Shown in pieces: positions 52,326 through 64,000 of a DNA stretch of 64,000 nucleotides. The translations under genes and the position numbers were made by a program. Where the stretch lies: positions 29,948,001 to 30,012,000 of the forward strand of contig CM052816.1 of NCBI GenBank assembly GCA_028534125.1, in the 5' to 3' direction. This stretch comes from Lama glama. Its lineage: Eukaryota. Position 1 is the stretch's first letter; the number at the start of each line of letters is the position of its first letter. Below the pieces are notes generated by a model that was given only the letters and a program-made list of their open reading frames with translations, ran no database searches and had not been told where the DNA came from.

Positions 52326-52845
52326 TGTTACCAAGTCCAAACTTGTTCTGCCCGCTGCATGACAGGGCAGTAAACTGGGAGACGTGTTGGGGCAAGGAAT
52401 AGCAACTTTATTTGGAAAGCCAGCAGACCAAGAAGATGGCAGACTAATTTATGTCTTGGAGAACCATTTTACTGAAGTCAGAATTTAGGCTCCTTTTATA
52501 CTGAAAGAGAAAGGGGTGTGATTGGTTGTTGCAAACTTCTTGCTGTAGGAGTTCTTTGTTCTTATTGCTGTCCATTTGGGCCAGGTCATGGTGTCCCTGT
52601 AAAACCTCTAACAAAACAAATGTTATTTTCTATTCTGCAACTTGTTATCTTTATATAAGTGCAAAAGTGCTAATATCCTTAAAGGTCAGAGCCTTGAGAA
52701 GAGGCTGTCCTGTATATTTCAGGCTAAGGGCAACATTCTTTTACAAAAGGTGCAGAGCTAGCAAGACTAAGCCTAGAAAACAGGGCACAGGGTTAAAGCC
52801 AAAGAAACATCTAATATGGAGTCAGATTTGTCCTTTTCTGTTACA
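52326..52845 (-). mobile_element. ERV1 solo LTR (artiodactyl type), inserted in an older MaLR-like remnant
   Basis: tgttacc...tgttaca termini, 4-bp TSD attt/actt, minus AATAAA (actttatt), gccagcagaccaagaagatggcagacta motif; 520 bp. Confidence 0.85.
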
Positions 52846-53469
52846 ACTTTCAAAGGGTGTCCACATGACCTAACTTAACATAAAGAGGCTCAACTGAAGT
52901 CCTTTTATTTCATGGCTGGGAAAGAGTCTCTTTCCTCTCTCCTTTTGGATGTGCCAAGGAAGCCTGGTACCCCACTGCTTCTGATGGCCTTCCTATGAAG
53001 AAGGTAAGACTGTCCTGAGACGGAGCAGGTCCTATACGAGGCCGAAGAGGGGAGAGACTGTGTCTGGGTGGATCAACCAGCTCTGAAGTCTCCTTTACTG
53101 CTGGATTTATTGTGATGTGAGACAACACACTTCCCAATTGTTTCAGCCAATTGGAGGCAGGATTTCTGTTTTTCATTTTGCTTTGTTTTTCAGCCCATGT
53201 CCCTTATCTGGCATAAATGGGCCAGAGAGAGTAGGAGGCTGAAGCCCAGTAACTGTCATCCCTTCTAGAGACGCTGAGACAATGAATTAAAAGGCCAGAA
53301 GTAACAGAGGATAGTCTGGGGAAGGGGGTAAAGTGGGAGTGGGTGCAAAAGGCCCCTTGTATCTCAAGTGGGCTTGACCTGTAAGGTAAGCCTCACAGTT
53401 GTGATGGGGTGGTGGAGGGGTGGGCATATCTAGTATTTGTGTTTTTTTAGGGGAGGAGAAGGAATGAAA

Positions 53470-53670
53470 GTAACTAACATTTATTGGGAACTTAGGTTCT
53501 TGGTACTGATTTTCATTTTGGATACATTGCCACATTTTTGCTTCTCAATACAGAGGTAGATGCTTAGAGATAAAAACCTGAGACTCTGAGATACTAAGTA
53601 ATGTCCCATAATTACACAGCTAGTGCAATCTGATTCCAGTTCAAGCTCACTCATCTACCATCCACAGTGC
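53470..53670 (-). mobile_element. MIR SINE
   Basis: taacatttattgggaactta...aaacctgagactctgag...aagtaatgtccc...acacagctag. Confidence 0.65.
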
Positions 53671-56600
53671 CTTCTAAATCCCTCACAAGCTACAGCATGG
53701 TTTAATAATTTAAGAAAGCAAGAAAGTACAGAATACATTTTTAAAAGAGGCCCATCAAAATGCTAATGTGAAGAGGAGGTATATCTCCCAGCTCTAGGAG
53801 CATTTGCTAATTCAGAATAGATTCAGAAGAATTTATTCCTTAAGGTTTTAGAGCAGTTGTGATAATTGTTTCAATGCTCTGAGAGGAGAACACTCTGAGC
53901 TTTTGCATACTTAGCCCGAGACTGACAGACAAATCAGTCATCTGAAGAAATCTTAGCATAAACATCCGTAAATCCTAATGCTTGGAAATTTAGGGAAGTT
54001 CTCGTACTTCCCTTCTGCTGTCCAACGCTAAAAAGCTGGGGAGATAGGCCTTGATGCTTGATGGAATTCTCTAAATTTTGCTGGAATTGTTGAAAAGATA
54101 GAAAAGCAGGAGAATTTATGAGATATTAATTGTATAATGTTACAATCTCTCCTCTTTTCCAATGTCATCCTCTCCTAATCTTCGCTTTTAAAGATGAATG
54201 AGAAAAGACTGATTCTATAAGGTTCTGGGAAGGGAAGATCAGGATGGATTGGTTTGCATTTTCTATTTTTATTTTTCCTTCCCAGAATCATTTCCTTTTG
54301 TCCTAGGAAGCTTTTTCCTTTTATCAAGATACATCCAATGAACTTCTTTCTTCTCTCCTTGTTTAGCCCAAGAGGCCAGAGCCACATTTTTTGGGAGAAT
54401 CATACATTATGATTTGGAGGAATTCTGACATCTTTTCCTTAAGGAAAATGTTGAATTCCCTAAAAAAGACATGATTACACAGAGATTATCTTTTAAATTT
54501 ACTTCTTAAATACCCAGTTTCTTTCCTCTAGTAGCTTAATTTAAAGATCTGGATGGTTTGGTGGGAAGATGTGAATCTCCTTTTCGTACTCATCAATCCT
54601 GCCTTGGTAATTCAGGAAGAGACCCTTTAGGTTAGTGTGATTATTAGGGAAAACTGAAAAAAAAATTTAAAATAAATAGGTTTCTTTTTTTGGCTTTTGT
54701 GTTTCAGAAGTTAATTATTAGGCGAGTCTTACGAATCTTCATCTGTGTGGGTTTAAAATGGTTGAATACTGGCACTTTCATGTGGTTCACACTAATCCTA
54801 CTATCTTGGCATCCCAAGTGTTCACAAATTTTACATAAAGTTGTTCTCTCATAAATATTTCCTTTCCTTTCTCATAAATTTTCTGACTGGAAAAAAAGAA
54901 ACTTGAAAATGCATTTCTTTTTAAAGTTTCTAGGGACAGCCATTCACATTGAATATTTCCTTGCAAATGAATCAGCTGTGGTTTTTTTTTTATCCTTCTA
55001 TTTTGAAGCATATCTTAATATGTTTTCTTCCCAAAAATTCATGGTGCAATTGCCTGACGAACCCTCATAACAATAGTAAAATATTTATCTTTGATTGTAT
55101 GTATAGGGATCATTAGTAAAATAAACTTTGACTACGGTGCCAAATAGCCCTGATTAAAACAGAGTAAGTATCTTACTGCCTGCTTGTGGCAATACCTCTT
55201 ACTTTATTTAAAAATATGTTCATAAGTCCCCTAAAAGTAAATCGTATGGGCTATTAAGAGGGAAAAGGTGTTATGATTTCAAAATAAAATAACTGAAAAT
55301 CGGATTTTAATTTTGATGTAAGTATGCTTGCTTTCTATTATAATTACTGAGAGTAGGTACTTAAAATTCTTTAGCCCTCGGGGGGGGGGATTGTTTAATT
55401 GCATAATATTGTTTTTGTCGAGGGCCAACAAATATAAAGCACTTGAATGCTATGAATTTTGCCTTTAATTCTGGTTCTTCAAGGACTCAGGGTTTAAAAC
55501 ATTACATTTTCAGCGATGAGACAGTTTTCACTATCATCCTTACGTGGATTGTTTTGGTGGCCATGGGTAGAGTGTTTCCTAGGTTACTAAAAGTGAGACA
55601 GTAACAAGGCATGCTTGCCCCGAAAGGTGGCAGAACCCTTGTAAAATCCCCGAGGGCTGCACTCTACATATTGATCTGTTAGAGTCTGTGCTTCCGCTCC
55701 TACCTCCTGCAGGTCCTGAGGGGCCCAACAGTTGTAACTGTTTGTGTGAGGTTTTTCATTTTCCTCTTGCTGACTGCTGACTGGGGCAGCATAAGCTAAC
55801 ATGGAGACAGAGAATGTGGACAACTTTTTTTTTTTGGTCTTTTCTTTCTCTGTTTGCTTTTTCGTATCTGAGGATTTCCCGCATTCTACTAAGGAAAGGG
55901 GTGACTGTCGCTTTTACTCCCAGCTCCCACAGAATTTCCTGGGAGTTCTAGGTTTGAGCCAGTGCAGGGCCCATCTCTCAGGGACAGTCAGCGTCTTGGT
56001 TCTGAAGAGCAGTCTTCTAACTTTTTCTTCTCTCACTCGTAGGGGCATCTTGGTGTGCTTGTAAATGGCATGGGAAGGCTGTAGTCTGACTCTTTCCTCT
56101 TCCTGATTTCTTCCAAATCTATTTATTTTTCTTCTTCAAGGTTTGAATTTCCCAAGGCATTGGCTCTTGAAAATTGAAAGTAAAGAATAATCTAAAAACT
56201 AGAATAAATCTGAAAAGTGGGGATGGGAATAAGAAAGGGCAGAGAGGTAACAGAAGATGGGGATGGAGACCAGCACTGGTTATTTGGAAGATATCCTGCC
56301 ATGTATCATTTATTATTTTCCCTCATTAACCATATCTGGTCAGCCATATGTCCTGTGGGTAGGAACACTAAAATATATTTTGACTACATTTTGTCCTTTA
56401 CAGGGAAGGTTCAGGGAAACCTTTGTCAGCTTCACACTTCCTGCAGGATGAGCTCCAAACTTCTCAGAATAGCGTTCCTATTTCTCCAAAGTTGAATCCC
56501 AGTTACAACACATTTCAGCTTTTCCCACATCCTACCCACCTGATACTCTACTGTTGGATTTCTTGAACGTGTCATTCACGTTGCTGCCTTTCTACCTTCG

Positions 56601-56753
56601 CTCATGCTAATCTCTCTACCTCAAGTCTTTCTGCTGCCCTTTTAAAAGACTATTCATATTTGTTAATCAAGGCACAGGTTAGGTCCTACCTCATCCAAGA
56701 AGCCTTCTTAGGTTTCTTCAGGCAAAAATACTCTTTTGGGACCAACTTCTCCC

Positions 56754-56754
<1 letters not shown>

Positions 56755-56784
<30 letters not shown>

Positions 56785-56804
56785 TGCCTGCCTGCTTGCT
56801 TGCT

Positions 56805-56851
<47 letters not shown>

Positions 56852-56897
56852 CTCTTTCTTTCTCTCTTTCTCTCTTTCTCTCTTTCTTTCTTTTTTT
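56755..56897. repeat. Compound microsatellite (GGCT)n(GCCT)n(GCTT)n(TTTC)n
   Basis: Direct tandem repeats; explains the four low-complexity ORFs at 56660-56946. Confidence 0.95.
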
Positions 56898-57029
56898 GAT
56901 GTTTCCAAGCATTAAAAAAAATCCTGCCTTCATTAAAATTCTTCACTAGATTTTAGACACCTTGAAGGAAATAACTGTGTCTAATTCTGAAATTTAACAG
57001 GGATTTCTGATTTTTCTCTATTGATTTTA

Positions 57030-57470
57030 TATTGTTTGCTCTTTTAGCTGCTCTAACAAAGACCAGATAGCAGAAACTTTTTCTTTTTTTGTGACTCAGC
57101 CACCCTCAATACAGTTTCCATCTAATAGTCTCAGATGAGGGTGATCAGAAGACCCTGGAATAGTAGGAGCAAATCTGAGTGTCCTGGGAAACCAGGTCGT
57201 GTATATGGTCACCATGTTTGAGTTTGCTGCTCTTTTTAAGGGGATGAAAAGTAGGGAGGGCCAATAAGAAGACGACAGGCTCCTGGAAGTGGTACTCATC
57301 ACTTTCACTACATCAAAAGACAGAATGTAGTCACAAAGGTGGTCTTAACTGTGATGGATGCTCAGAACATGTACCTGGGTTCCATATTCCTGGTGAAATT
57401 CAGGGGTTATTAGCAGAGGAAGGAGGGGAGAGTAGGTATTGAGGGATATAAGTAGTCTCTGCTACACAGA
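57030..57470 (-). mobile_element. Old MaLR-like LTR remnant
   Basis: ttagctgctctaacaaagacc...ctggaagtggtactcatcactt...tagtcaca...gtagtctctgctaca. Confidence 0.5.
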
Positions 57471-59677
57471 CTGAATTTGAGCACTACCTTTTAAGTCAGA
57501 TAGCAGATAACTAAAATTTCTACAGACTTGTAGGAAGGAGTGCTTTCCTTTGGGAGACTGGGGAAAGATTATTTTTCACTCTTGCATTTAACCATTTCTT
57601 TTTCAAGACAAGATACATAAGAAACGTTTTTGAGAAAAGTGTTTTGAGAAAGCAACCCAGGAAAAGTAATAGGCTTGTCTTTTGTCTTTTCAGAATAGGT
57701 TTTGCTATGAATTAACAGAAAGATGATATTCAAAAGGCCGTCCCAGGAAATACTGTTTAGAAGAAATTGGTGAGGAAAGCTTAAAATTAAACCAGGAGTT
57801 TTATATCAAGGTATTAACGACTTGCTCTTGCAGCTCTGCTCTGGTGGATTGGAGGTTTCATACTGGCCTCACATCCAGCAGGACGGTATCTTCAGCTCCC
57901 TTCACTGGTTAGCCACACCATCCAGTGGGTGAACCCAGTTTAGGGGAGTTTAGCCGTAGGGACCCACGGTGTGCCCACCACAGAAAGGGACAGACCAGCA
58001 CATCTCCAGATGGTTTCTCTGAAGATTTTCAGGATGGTGAAATCCTCCCTTGTAGATGTATCTTTTGAATCAGTGGTGACCTCAATATGTCATCTCACAA
58101 TTTTTAAAAGAATCTGAAATACAACTGCTGTTCCTTAAATTTGAATGTATACTTTTTCCTCTCTCTGCAACCCCCAATTTTGCTATCAGTCATGGTTGCT
58201 AATATCTCTGCTGTCTTCAGCCTAGCTGCCAACTCTGTCAGTTCCTGAAATATTGTTTATGCAGGAGCAATTTATTTTTTTAGAGAGATGAAAAGCAGAC
58301 TGCAAAAGCAGACTATTGCCAACTTGTTGGGATGTATTCCAGTTCAGAACACTTCAGTATAGTTTTTGAATTATTATTTATTATTTTATGTTAAAGGGTA
58401 AAGTGCTCCTCAAATAATTCATAAAAATTGATTCTATGCTTGAAATAATTGCCAACATTTATTTTTGTGTTGTCAGATAGCTAATTACATATTCTTGAAA
58501 ACATTGAACTTTAATATGAAGGGTGAATTATGGCAGTGCTTCAGCAAGACATGTTTCTGTCATGTAACACATATGTGCTATGTGTAATTTAAGTGTAGAG
58601 GCATATTTTACTATATTTTTCATCTTATTTTTAATAGTTTCTAATTTTTTCCAAATAACTTTTTATGTGTTTTGCTGTTTTAAAAAATTTATGAGTATGC
58701 AGGTAAGGCAAAATGTTTTTTATTTTATACAGTGGTCTCTTGTGTCTTAGAAAAGAAAAACAGTAGCAAACATTTCTATTTAGAACATGTTGAGCTTGTG
58801 GCAAGAAGTGATTCTTAAAACTGTATTTCATGCCTTTCATTTTTTCCCCCCTTTTTACATAAATATGCTGTTTTCTTTCCAGTCTTCCTTGCTTTCATCT
58901 CCTCCCACCCCTCATTTTTTTTTTTCTCTTTATGTTTTCTGATTTTTTTACCCTCTCCCTTACCCTTCTCTTTTTTACTTCATGTAGAACTTAAGGAAGT
59001 TCTAAATTACTTTCCTCTTTTGGCATTGATTATCTTAGAAAATTTTCACTTTATAACCACTGTTCTGTTCGGGACATCTAAAGTGTTAATGAATTTTGTC
59101 TCAGGTAGCATCACTGCAAATAGTAGGTCACTTGATAGCTCTTTCTGTGTTGCTCTCTACTCTCTATTTCATATTTTATAAACAGAATAATATCAAGATC
59201 ATTATAAACTTCCTTCAGAGAGAAGAAAAACAATAGCCAGGGACTTTCTATTTCATAAAGGCAGTTATTATTTCTGCTTCCAGGCATAGTGATCATTGTT
59301 CAGTTTGACCTCTATTAACTTGTTGAATAATTCAAGTAGTTCTTATTTTTTATTTCTTGACTGAAAATGCAGCTAACCTACATGCTATTTGAGGATAAAC
59401 CTCCAGTTTTCACTGAGACCTTACCAGACAGTAAAATGAAGTCTCTCCCTTTCTCTCTCTTTGGATAGAATGCAAAGAAATCCTTTTTTTTTTTAAGTAA
59501 AATTGTTTAAAAAAGACTAAAACAACTGCCTGAATAAAAAGCATAACACAAACATTTTAGAAATCAGTTTTCAATAGAAGTTTTTGCTACAGGTTTTCTG
59601 GGTATTGTATAGCAATTATCAGAGTGGTCACAAAGAACTAGGCTCTGGTAGGGCCTCTGTGGTTGTAATACTTACTG

Positions 59678-61582
59678 TTTTATTTTTTTATTGAGTTATA
59701 GTCATTTTACAATGTTGTGGCAAATTCTAGTGTAGAGCATAATATTTCAGTTATACATGAACATACATACATTCATTGTCACATTCTCTTTTGCTGTGAA
59801 CCACCACAAGATCCTGTATATATTTCCCTGTGCTACACAATACAATCTTGTTTATCTATTCTGCATTTGAAATCCCAGTCCCTTCCCACCCCCCGTCCCC
59901 AGGCAACCACAAGTTTGTATTCTATGTCTATGAATCTGTTTCTGTTTTATATTTTTGTTTTTTGTTTTTGTTTTTGTTTTTGTTTTTTTTTAGATTCCGC
60001 ATATGAGCGATCTCATATGGTATTTTTCTTTCTCTTTCTGGCTTACTTCACTTAGACTGACGTTCTCCAGGAACACCCATGTTGCTGCAAATGGTGTTAT
60101 GTTGTCAGTTTTTATGGCTGAATAGTATTCCATTGTATAAATATACCACTTCTTCTTTATCCAGTCGTCTGTTGATGGACATTTAGGTTGTTTCCATGTC
60201 TTGGCTATTGTAAATAGTGCTGCTATGAACATTGGCTGCAGGTGTCATTTTGAAGTAGGATTCCTTCGAGATATACACCCAGGAGTGGGATTCCTGGGTC
60301 CTATGGTAAGTCTATTCCTCGTCTTTTGAGGAATCTCCATACTGTTTTTCACAGTGGCTGCACCAAACTGCATTCCCACCAGCAATGTAGGAGGGTTCCC
60401 TTTTCTCCACAGCCTCTCCAGAGTTTGTCATTTGTGGACTTTTGAATGATGGCCATTCTGATACCTCATCATAGTTCAGATTTGCATTTCTCTGATAATT
60501 AGTGATATTGAGCATTTTTTCATGTGCCTATTGATCATTTGTATTTCCTCCTTGGAGAATTGCTTGTTTAGGTCTTCTGCCCATTTTTGGATTGGGTTGT
60601 TTGTTATTTTCTTATTAAGTCGTGTGAGCTGCTTATATATTCTGGAGATCAAGCCTTTGTCAGTTTCATTTGCAAAAATTTTTTCCCATTCTGTAGGTTG
60701 TCGTTTTGTTTTACTTACGGTTTCCTTTGCTGTGCAGAATTTTCATTAGGTCCCATTTGTTTATTCTTGCTTTTATTTCTGTTACTTGGGTAGACTGTTC
60801 TAGGAGAAAATTTTTGATGTTCTGCCTATTTTTTTTTTTTGCCTGTATTTTCTTCTAGGAGGTTTATTGTATCTTGTCTTATGTTTAAATCTTTGATCCA
60901 TTTTGAGTTTATTTTTGTGTATGGTGTAAGGGAGTGCTCTAGCTTCATTGCTTTACATGCTGCTGTCCAGTTTTCCCAACACCATTTGCTGAAGAGACTG
61001 TCTTTATTCCATTGTATATTCTTGCCTCCTTTGTCGAAGATTAGATGACCAAAAGTTTGTGGGTTCATTTCTGGGCTCTCTATTCTGTTCCATTGGTCTA
61101 TATGTCTGTTTTTGTACCAATACCATGCTGTCTTGATGACTGTAGCTCTATAGTATTGTCTGAAGTCTGGGAGAGTTATTTCTCCAGCCTCTTTCTTTTT
61201 CTTCAGTAATGCTTTGGCAATTCTAGATCTTTTGTAGTTCCATGTAAATTTTATTATGATTTGTTCTAGTTCTGTGAAATATGTCCTGGGTAATTGGATA
61301 GGGATTGCATTAAATCTGTAGATTGCCTTGGGCAGTGTGACCATTTTAACAATATTGATTCTTCCAATCCAGGAGCATGGGATATCTTTCCATTTTTTAA
61401 AGTCTTCTTTAAATAGTGTTTTATAGTTTTCCGTGTATAATTCTTTCACCTCCTTGGTTAGATTTACTCCTAGGTATTTTATTACTTTGGGTGCTATTTT
61501 AAAAGGGATTGTTTCTTTACTTTCTTTTTCTGCTGATTCATCATTAGTGTAAAGAAATGCAACTGACTTTTGAACTTTAATC
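59678..61582 (-). mobile_element. 5'-truncated lineage-specific L1 (~1.9 kb: ORF2 C-terminus and 3' UTR)
   Basis: ORF track shows L1 ORF2 peptides ([58 protein letters not shown]) broken by frameshifts; perfect 14-bp TSD tgtaatacttactg at 59664-59677 and 61583-61596; tail at 59678-59690. Confidence 0.96.
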
Positions 61583-62329
61583 TGTAATACTTACTGGTTG
61601 TTCAATGTAATTACAGTATTTTGTTTTATGTAGAGAAATTTGTATACTAAATAAGACAGGTGTCTTCTGATGTTCACTATTTGGCTTTTTATTATTTTGT
61701 TTGACATGTGTAAAACCTCTTCTTATAATAGCAAGCAATGCCTATAGCAATGACAGGCAGATAATCTTATTATATGACCTACGGTATAATTTAGTATCTA
61801 GGTTTGTTCAGGAATCAAGTAAATGATTAAACAGTTATTACCAAAATTAAACTTATTTTTTTTCTGACCATGCATAAATTATTTTATTTCAGTTAGTCAT
61901 TTGGAAAAATTACAAAATCAATATACTGCTAGAAAGAGCTAAACCAACTTATCATTTCATATTTTCCCATCAAATAGTGTGCAGTGCTCTCTATGGATTG
62001 TTTCTGCCCTGAAATAGTTTGGAATAGATAATAATGAGATTGTCCTTTTAAAAAAAATGAACATCAGAGTGGTAAACAGGCCTTTTTTGAAGTCGAGACC
62101 TTACTTAGTTTTGACAGACGATTCTGTGCATCTGTATCCCAGTTAATGGAGAACTGGCAAAGCATTTTTAGGTGTGTGGCTGTCCCCCAAAGTGGGAGTC
62201 CCATGGTGGGGTAAGTATACTTGGCCAAATATCTGAATGAACCCTCCAAAGCAAGGGAGAGAATAGAGGACGTTTTAGGATTAGCTATATGTTAGCAGTG
62301 GACATTTGTGAAGGTCCTTAGAATTCGTT

Positions 62330-62800
62330 GCCTATATACTTACATAATTTAGTTATTCGTAGTAACATCCTAAACTAGTTACTCTGCCCACAGTCTGGCC
62401 TTCATCAATATACTCTTCACATAGTTTTTGTGTTCAGACGCAAATTGCTCATAACGTGCTCTACTGTAGAATCCCTCATCGATCCGTTTTCACCTATAGG
62501 GTAGCCTGTGCCCACTGATGTGGTGTTCAAGGCCCTCTGTGTCTGGTTCTGGTCACTGTGCCCTCTCTTGTCAAGTCTACTGAGGAACTCACAGTAGCCG
62601 GAATACGCCAGGGTTTCTCTGTGCCTTTAATAAGTCCTCTTCCACCTCAAACTCTGCTGTTGACTTTCACTTTACTTTTGTGCTTCTGGGCCCAACTGAG
62701 TACCAGTGTTTCTGGTCAGACCTCCCTAATCCTAATTCCCAAAACTTCTGGGCTAGGAGCTTCTATGCCCTTCCACAAACTCACTGCTTAATGTTACCTG
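62330..62800 (+). mobile_element. Degraded L2 fragment
   Basis: ttcaaggccctctgtgtctgg...ctctgtgcctt...tggtcagacctccctaatcc. Confidence 0.5.
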
Positions 62801-63309
62801 ATCATTCTTTTACTTGCCTGACTCACTGCTCATCAGACTGGGTAAATTTATGTCATGGTTGGTTATCAGCTAAAATGTCTTTGAAACTACAGTGAACTTG
62901 GTTTTGTCCACCAGATACATTGGGAGCTCTCTGTTCTCCCTAGCCTCTGAGACGCTGTGGCAGAGAGGGGCTAACCTTGGCTTTATTATTCCTCTCTGCT
63001 TCTGGGGCAGGTTACCAGTGTTGCCTGGGTTCTCTCTTTCAGTCAATGCAAAAGGAAAATATAGAGAAATTTTCCTATGGATATAAATTATTTTATGCTA
63101 TATAGAAGGCAATGAAAGCTACAGTCTGATTGGAGAAAACATTGATTCTCTTTATAATAGAGTAATGAATGATTAAATGAATAAATAAATGCTTTAGAGA
63201 TGCATAAAATATTACATTGACTTGAATACTCACATCCTATTAGAAACCTATTTATTTCTGGCTTTATAATGATTATATTGTTAGTTCTAGTATTATCTTT
63301 AATGTTAAG

Positions 63310-63450
63310 TAATACATTTATTTATTTATCTAATTTTATTGGTCTGTCACATAGTTATTAGCTGCATACTATACTGCAAGAACTGTGCTAAGTACTGATA
63401 GTGACTAAAACATAATCCTTGTTCTCAGAGAGCTCATAGTTGTAGAAGGA
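63310..63450 (-). mobile_element. L2 3' end fragment
   Basis: catactatactgcaagaactgtgctaagtactg...atccttgttctcagagagctcatagt. Confidence 0.6.
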
Positions 63451-64000
63451 AAAGCTTCTTTGATCTTCCTTCAGAGATCTATAATATAATTCAAATAGAT
63501 CTGATAATAATGGTTCGGAGAAACATTTTTTTTTCTACAGAAGACCTGTATTTCTCAAATAAATGAAATAGAAACTTCAAATTCCCAATTTGAAAACAAA
63601 ATTAAGATCGCCAACTCCCAATAAACAGTATAGTGTATTCACTTTCATTGCATGATGGAAAAGCTGTGTTCTATTGATCAGTGGAAATGAATCCTACAGA
63701 AATGAAAGAATTTAAACTCCTTTCTTACATGTTTATTTGTTAACAGCTTCATATTTCACTGGGTACCAGAGGATATTAGTGTGGTGACATTCAATAAATC
63801 TAAGACAGAAATAATTAGTGATCTGTTCATAGAAATCATGATAAAGTAGTAAGAAAACACAATCTCATTATGGTACTAATACAAAATAAAATGGCACAGT
63901 ATGAAAACAGTAGCAAATGAATGAGGAACGATATATGCCTTTGTTCATCCAATTTTGAGCTAAATGGGTGAATCTCTTTAAAATGGTTAATTGCACTTAG

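Noticed and set aside
56660..56946. Lys/Glu/Arg-rich and Phe/Ser/Leu-rich ORFs (also 3140-3413 and 48798-49069)
   Set aside because: Translations of microsatellites or low-complexity DNA
57694..57769. Plus-strand exon-like segment (ttttgtcttttcag|...TTG|gtgagg)
   Set aside because: Stops in all three frames from the acceptor; no recognisable peptide; such pairs are common by chance
60826..61449. 207-aa ORF, the longest in the track
   Set aside because: Fragment of L1 ORF2 in a truncated, frameshifted element; not a host gene
1..64000. Prokaryote-type systems (CRISPR arrays, operons, defence islands) and non-retroviral endogenous viral elements
   Set aside because: The sequence is mammalian; no regularly spaced repeat-spacer array, gene-dense block or viral ORF was seen

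Overview
Mammalian, repeat-rich, apparently non-coding DNA. A vic-1-type tRNA-Ala-derived SINE (39453-39550) points to a camelid (camel/alpaca/llama). I cannot identify any functional protein-coding exon; the window reads as a long intron or intergenic stretch. The only recognisable gene-derived sequence is a decayed RPL35A processed pseudogene (13360-13818, minus). The only real protein-like ORFs in the track come from it and from a 5'-truncated L1 with a perfect 14-bp TSD (59678-61582). The rest is old MIR, L2, MaLR (MLT1) and hAT-Charlie copies, short L1 3' ends, microsatellites and six ERV solo LTRs, one of them MER41-like. Most L1s, LTRs and the retrocopy lie on the minus strand, suggesting a host transcript on the plus strand. 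The most interesting leads are a candidate recursive splice site (AG|GTAAGC at 47872/47873), the MER41-like LTR with decayed STAT sites, a tandem GAS pair made by a local duplication, and two CpG-retaining unique patches. Repeat subfamily names come from remembered consensus motifs, not a database search, and boundaries of old repeats are approximate. I found no convincing new biological system.
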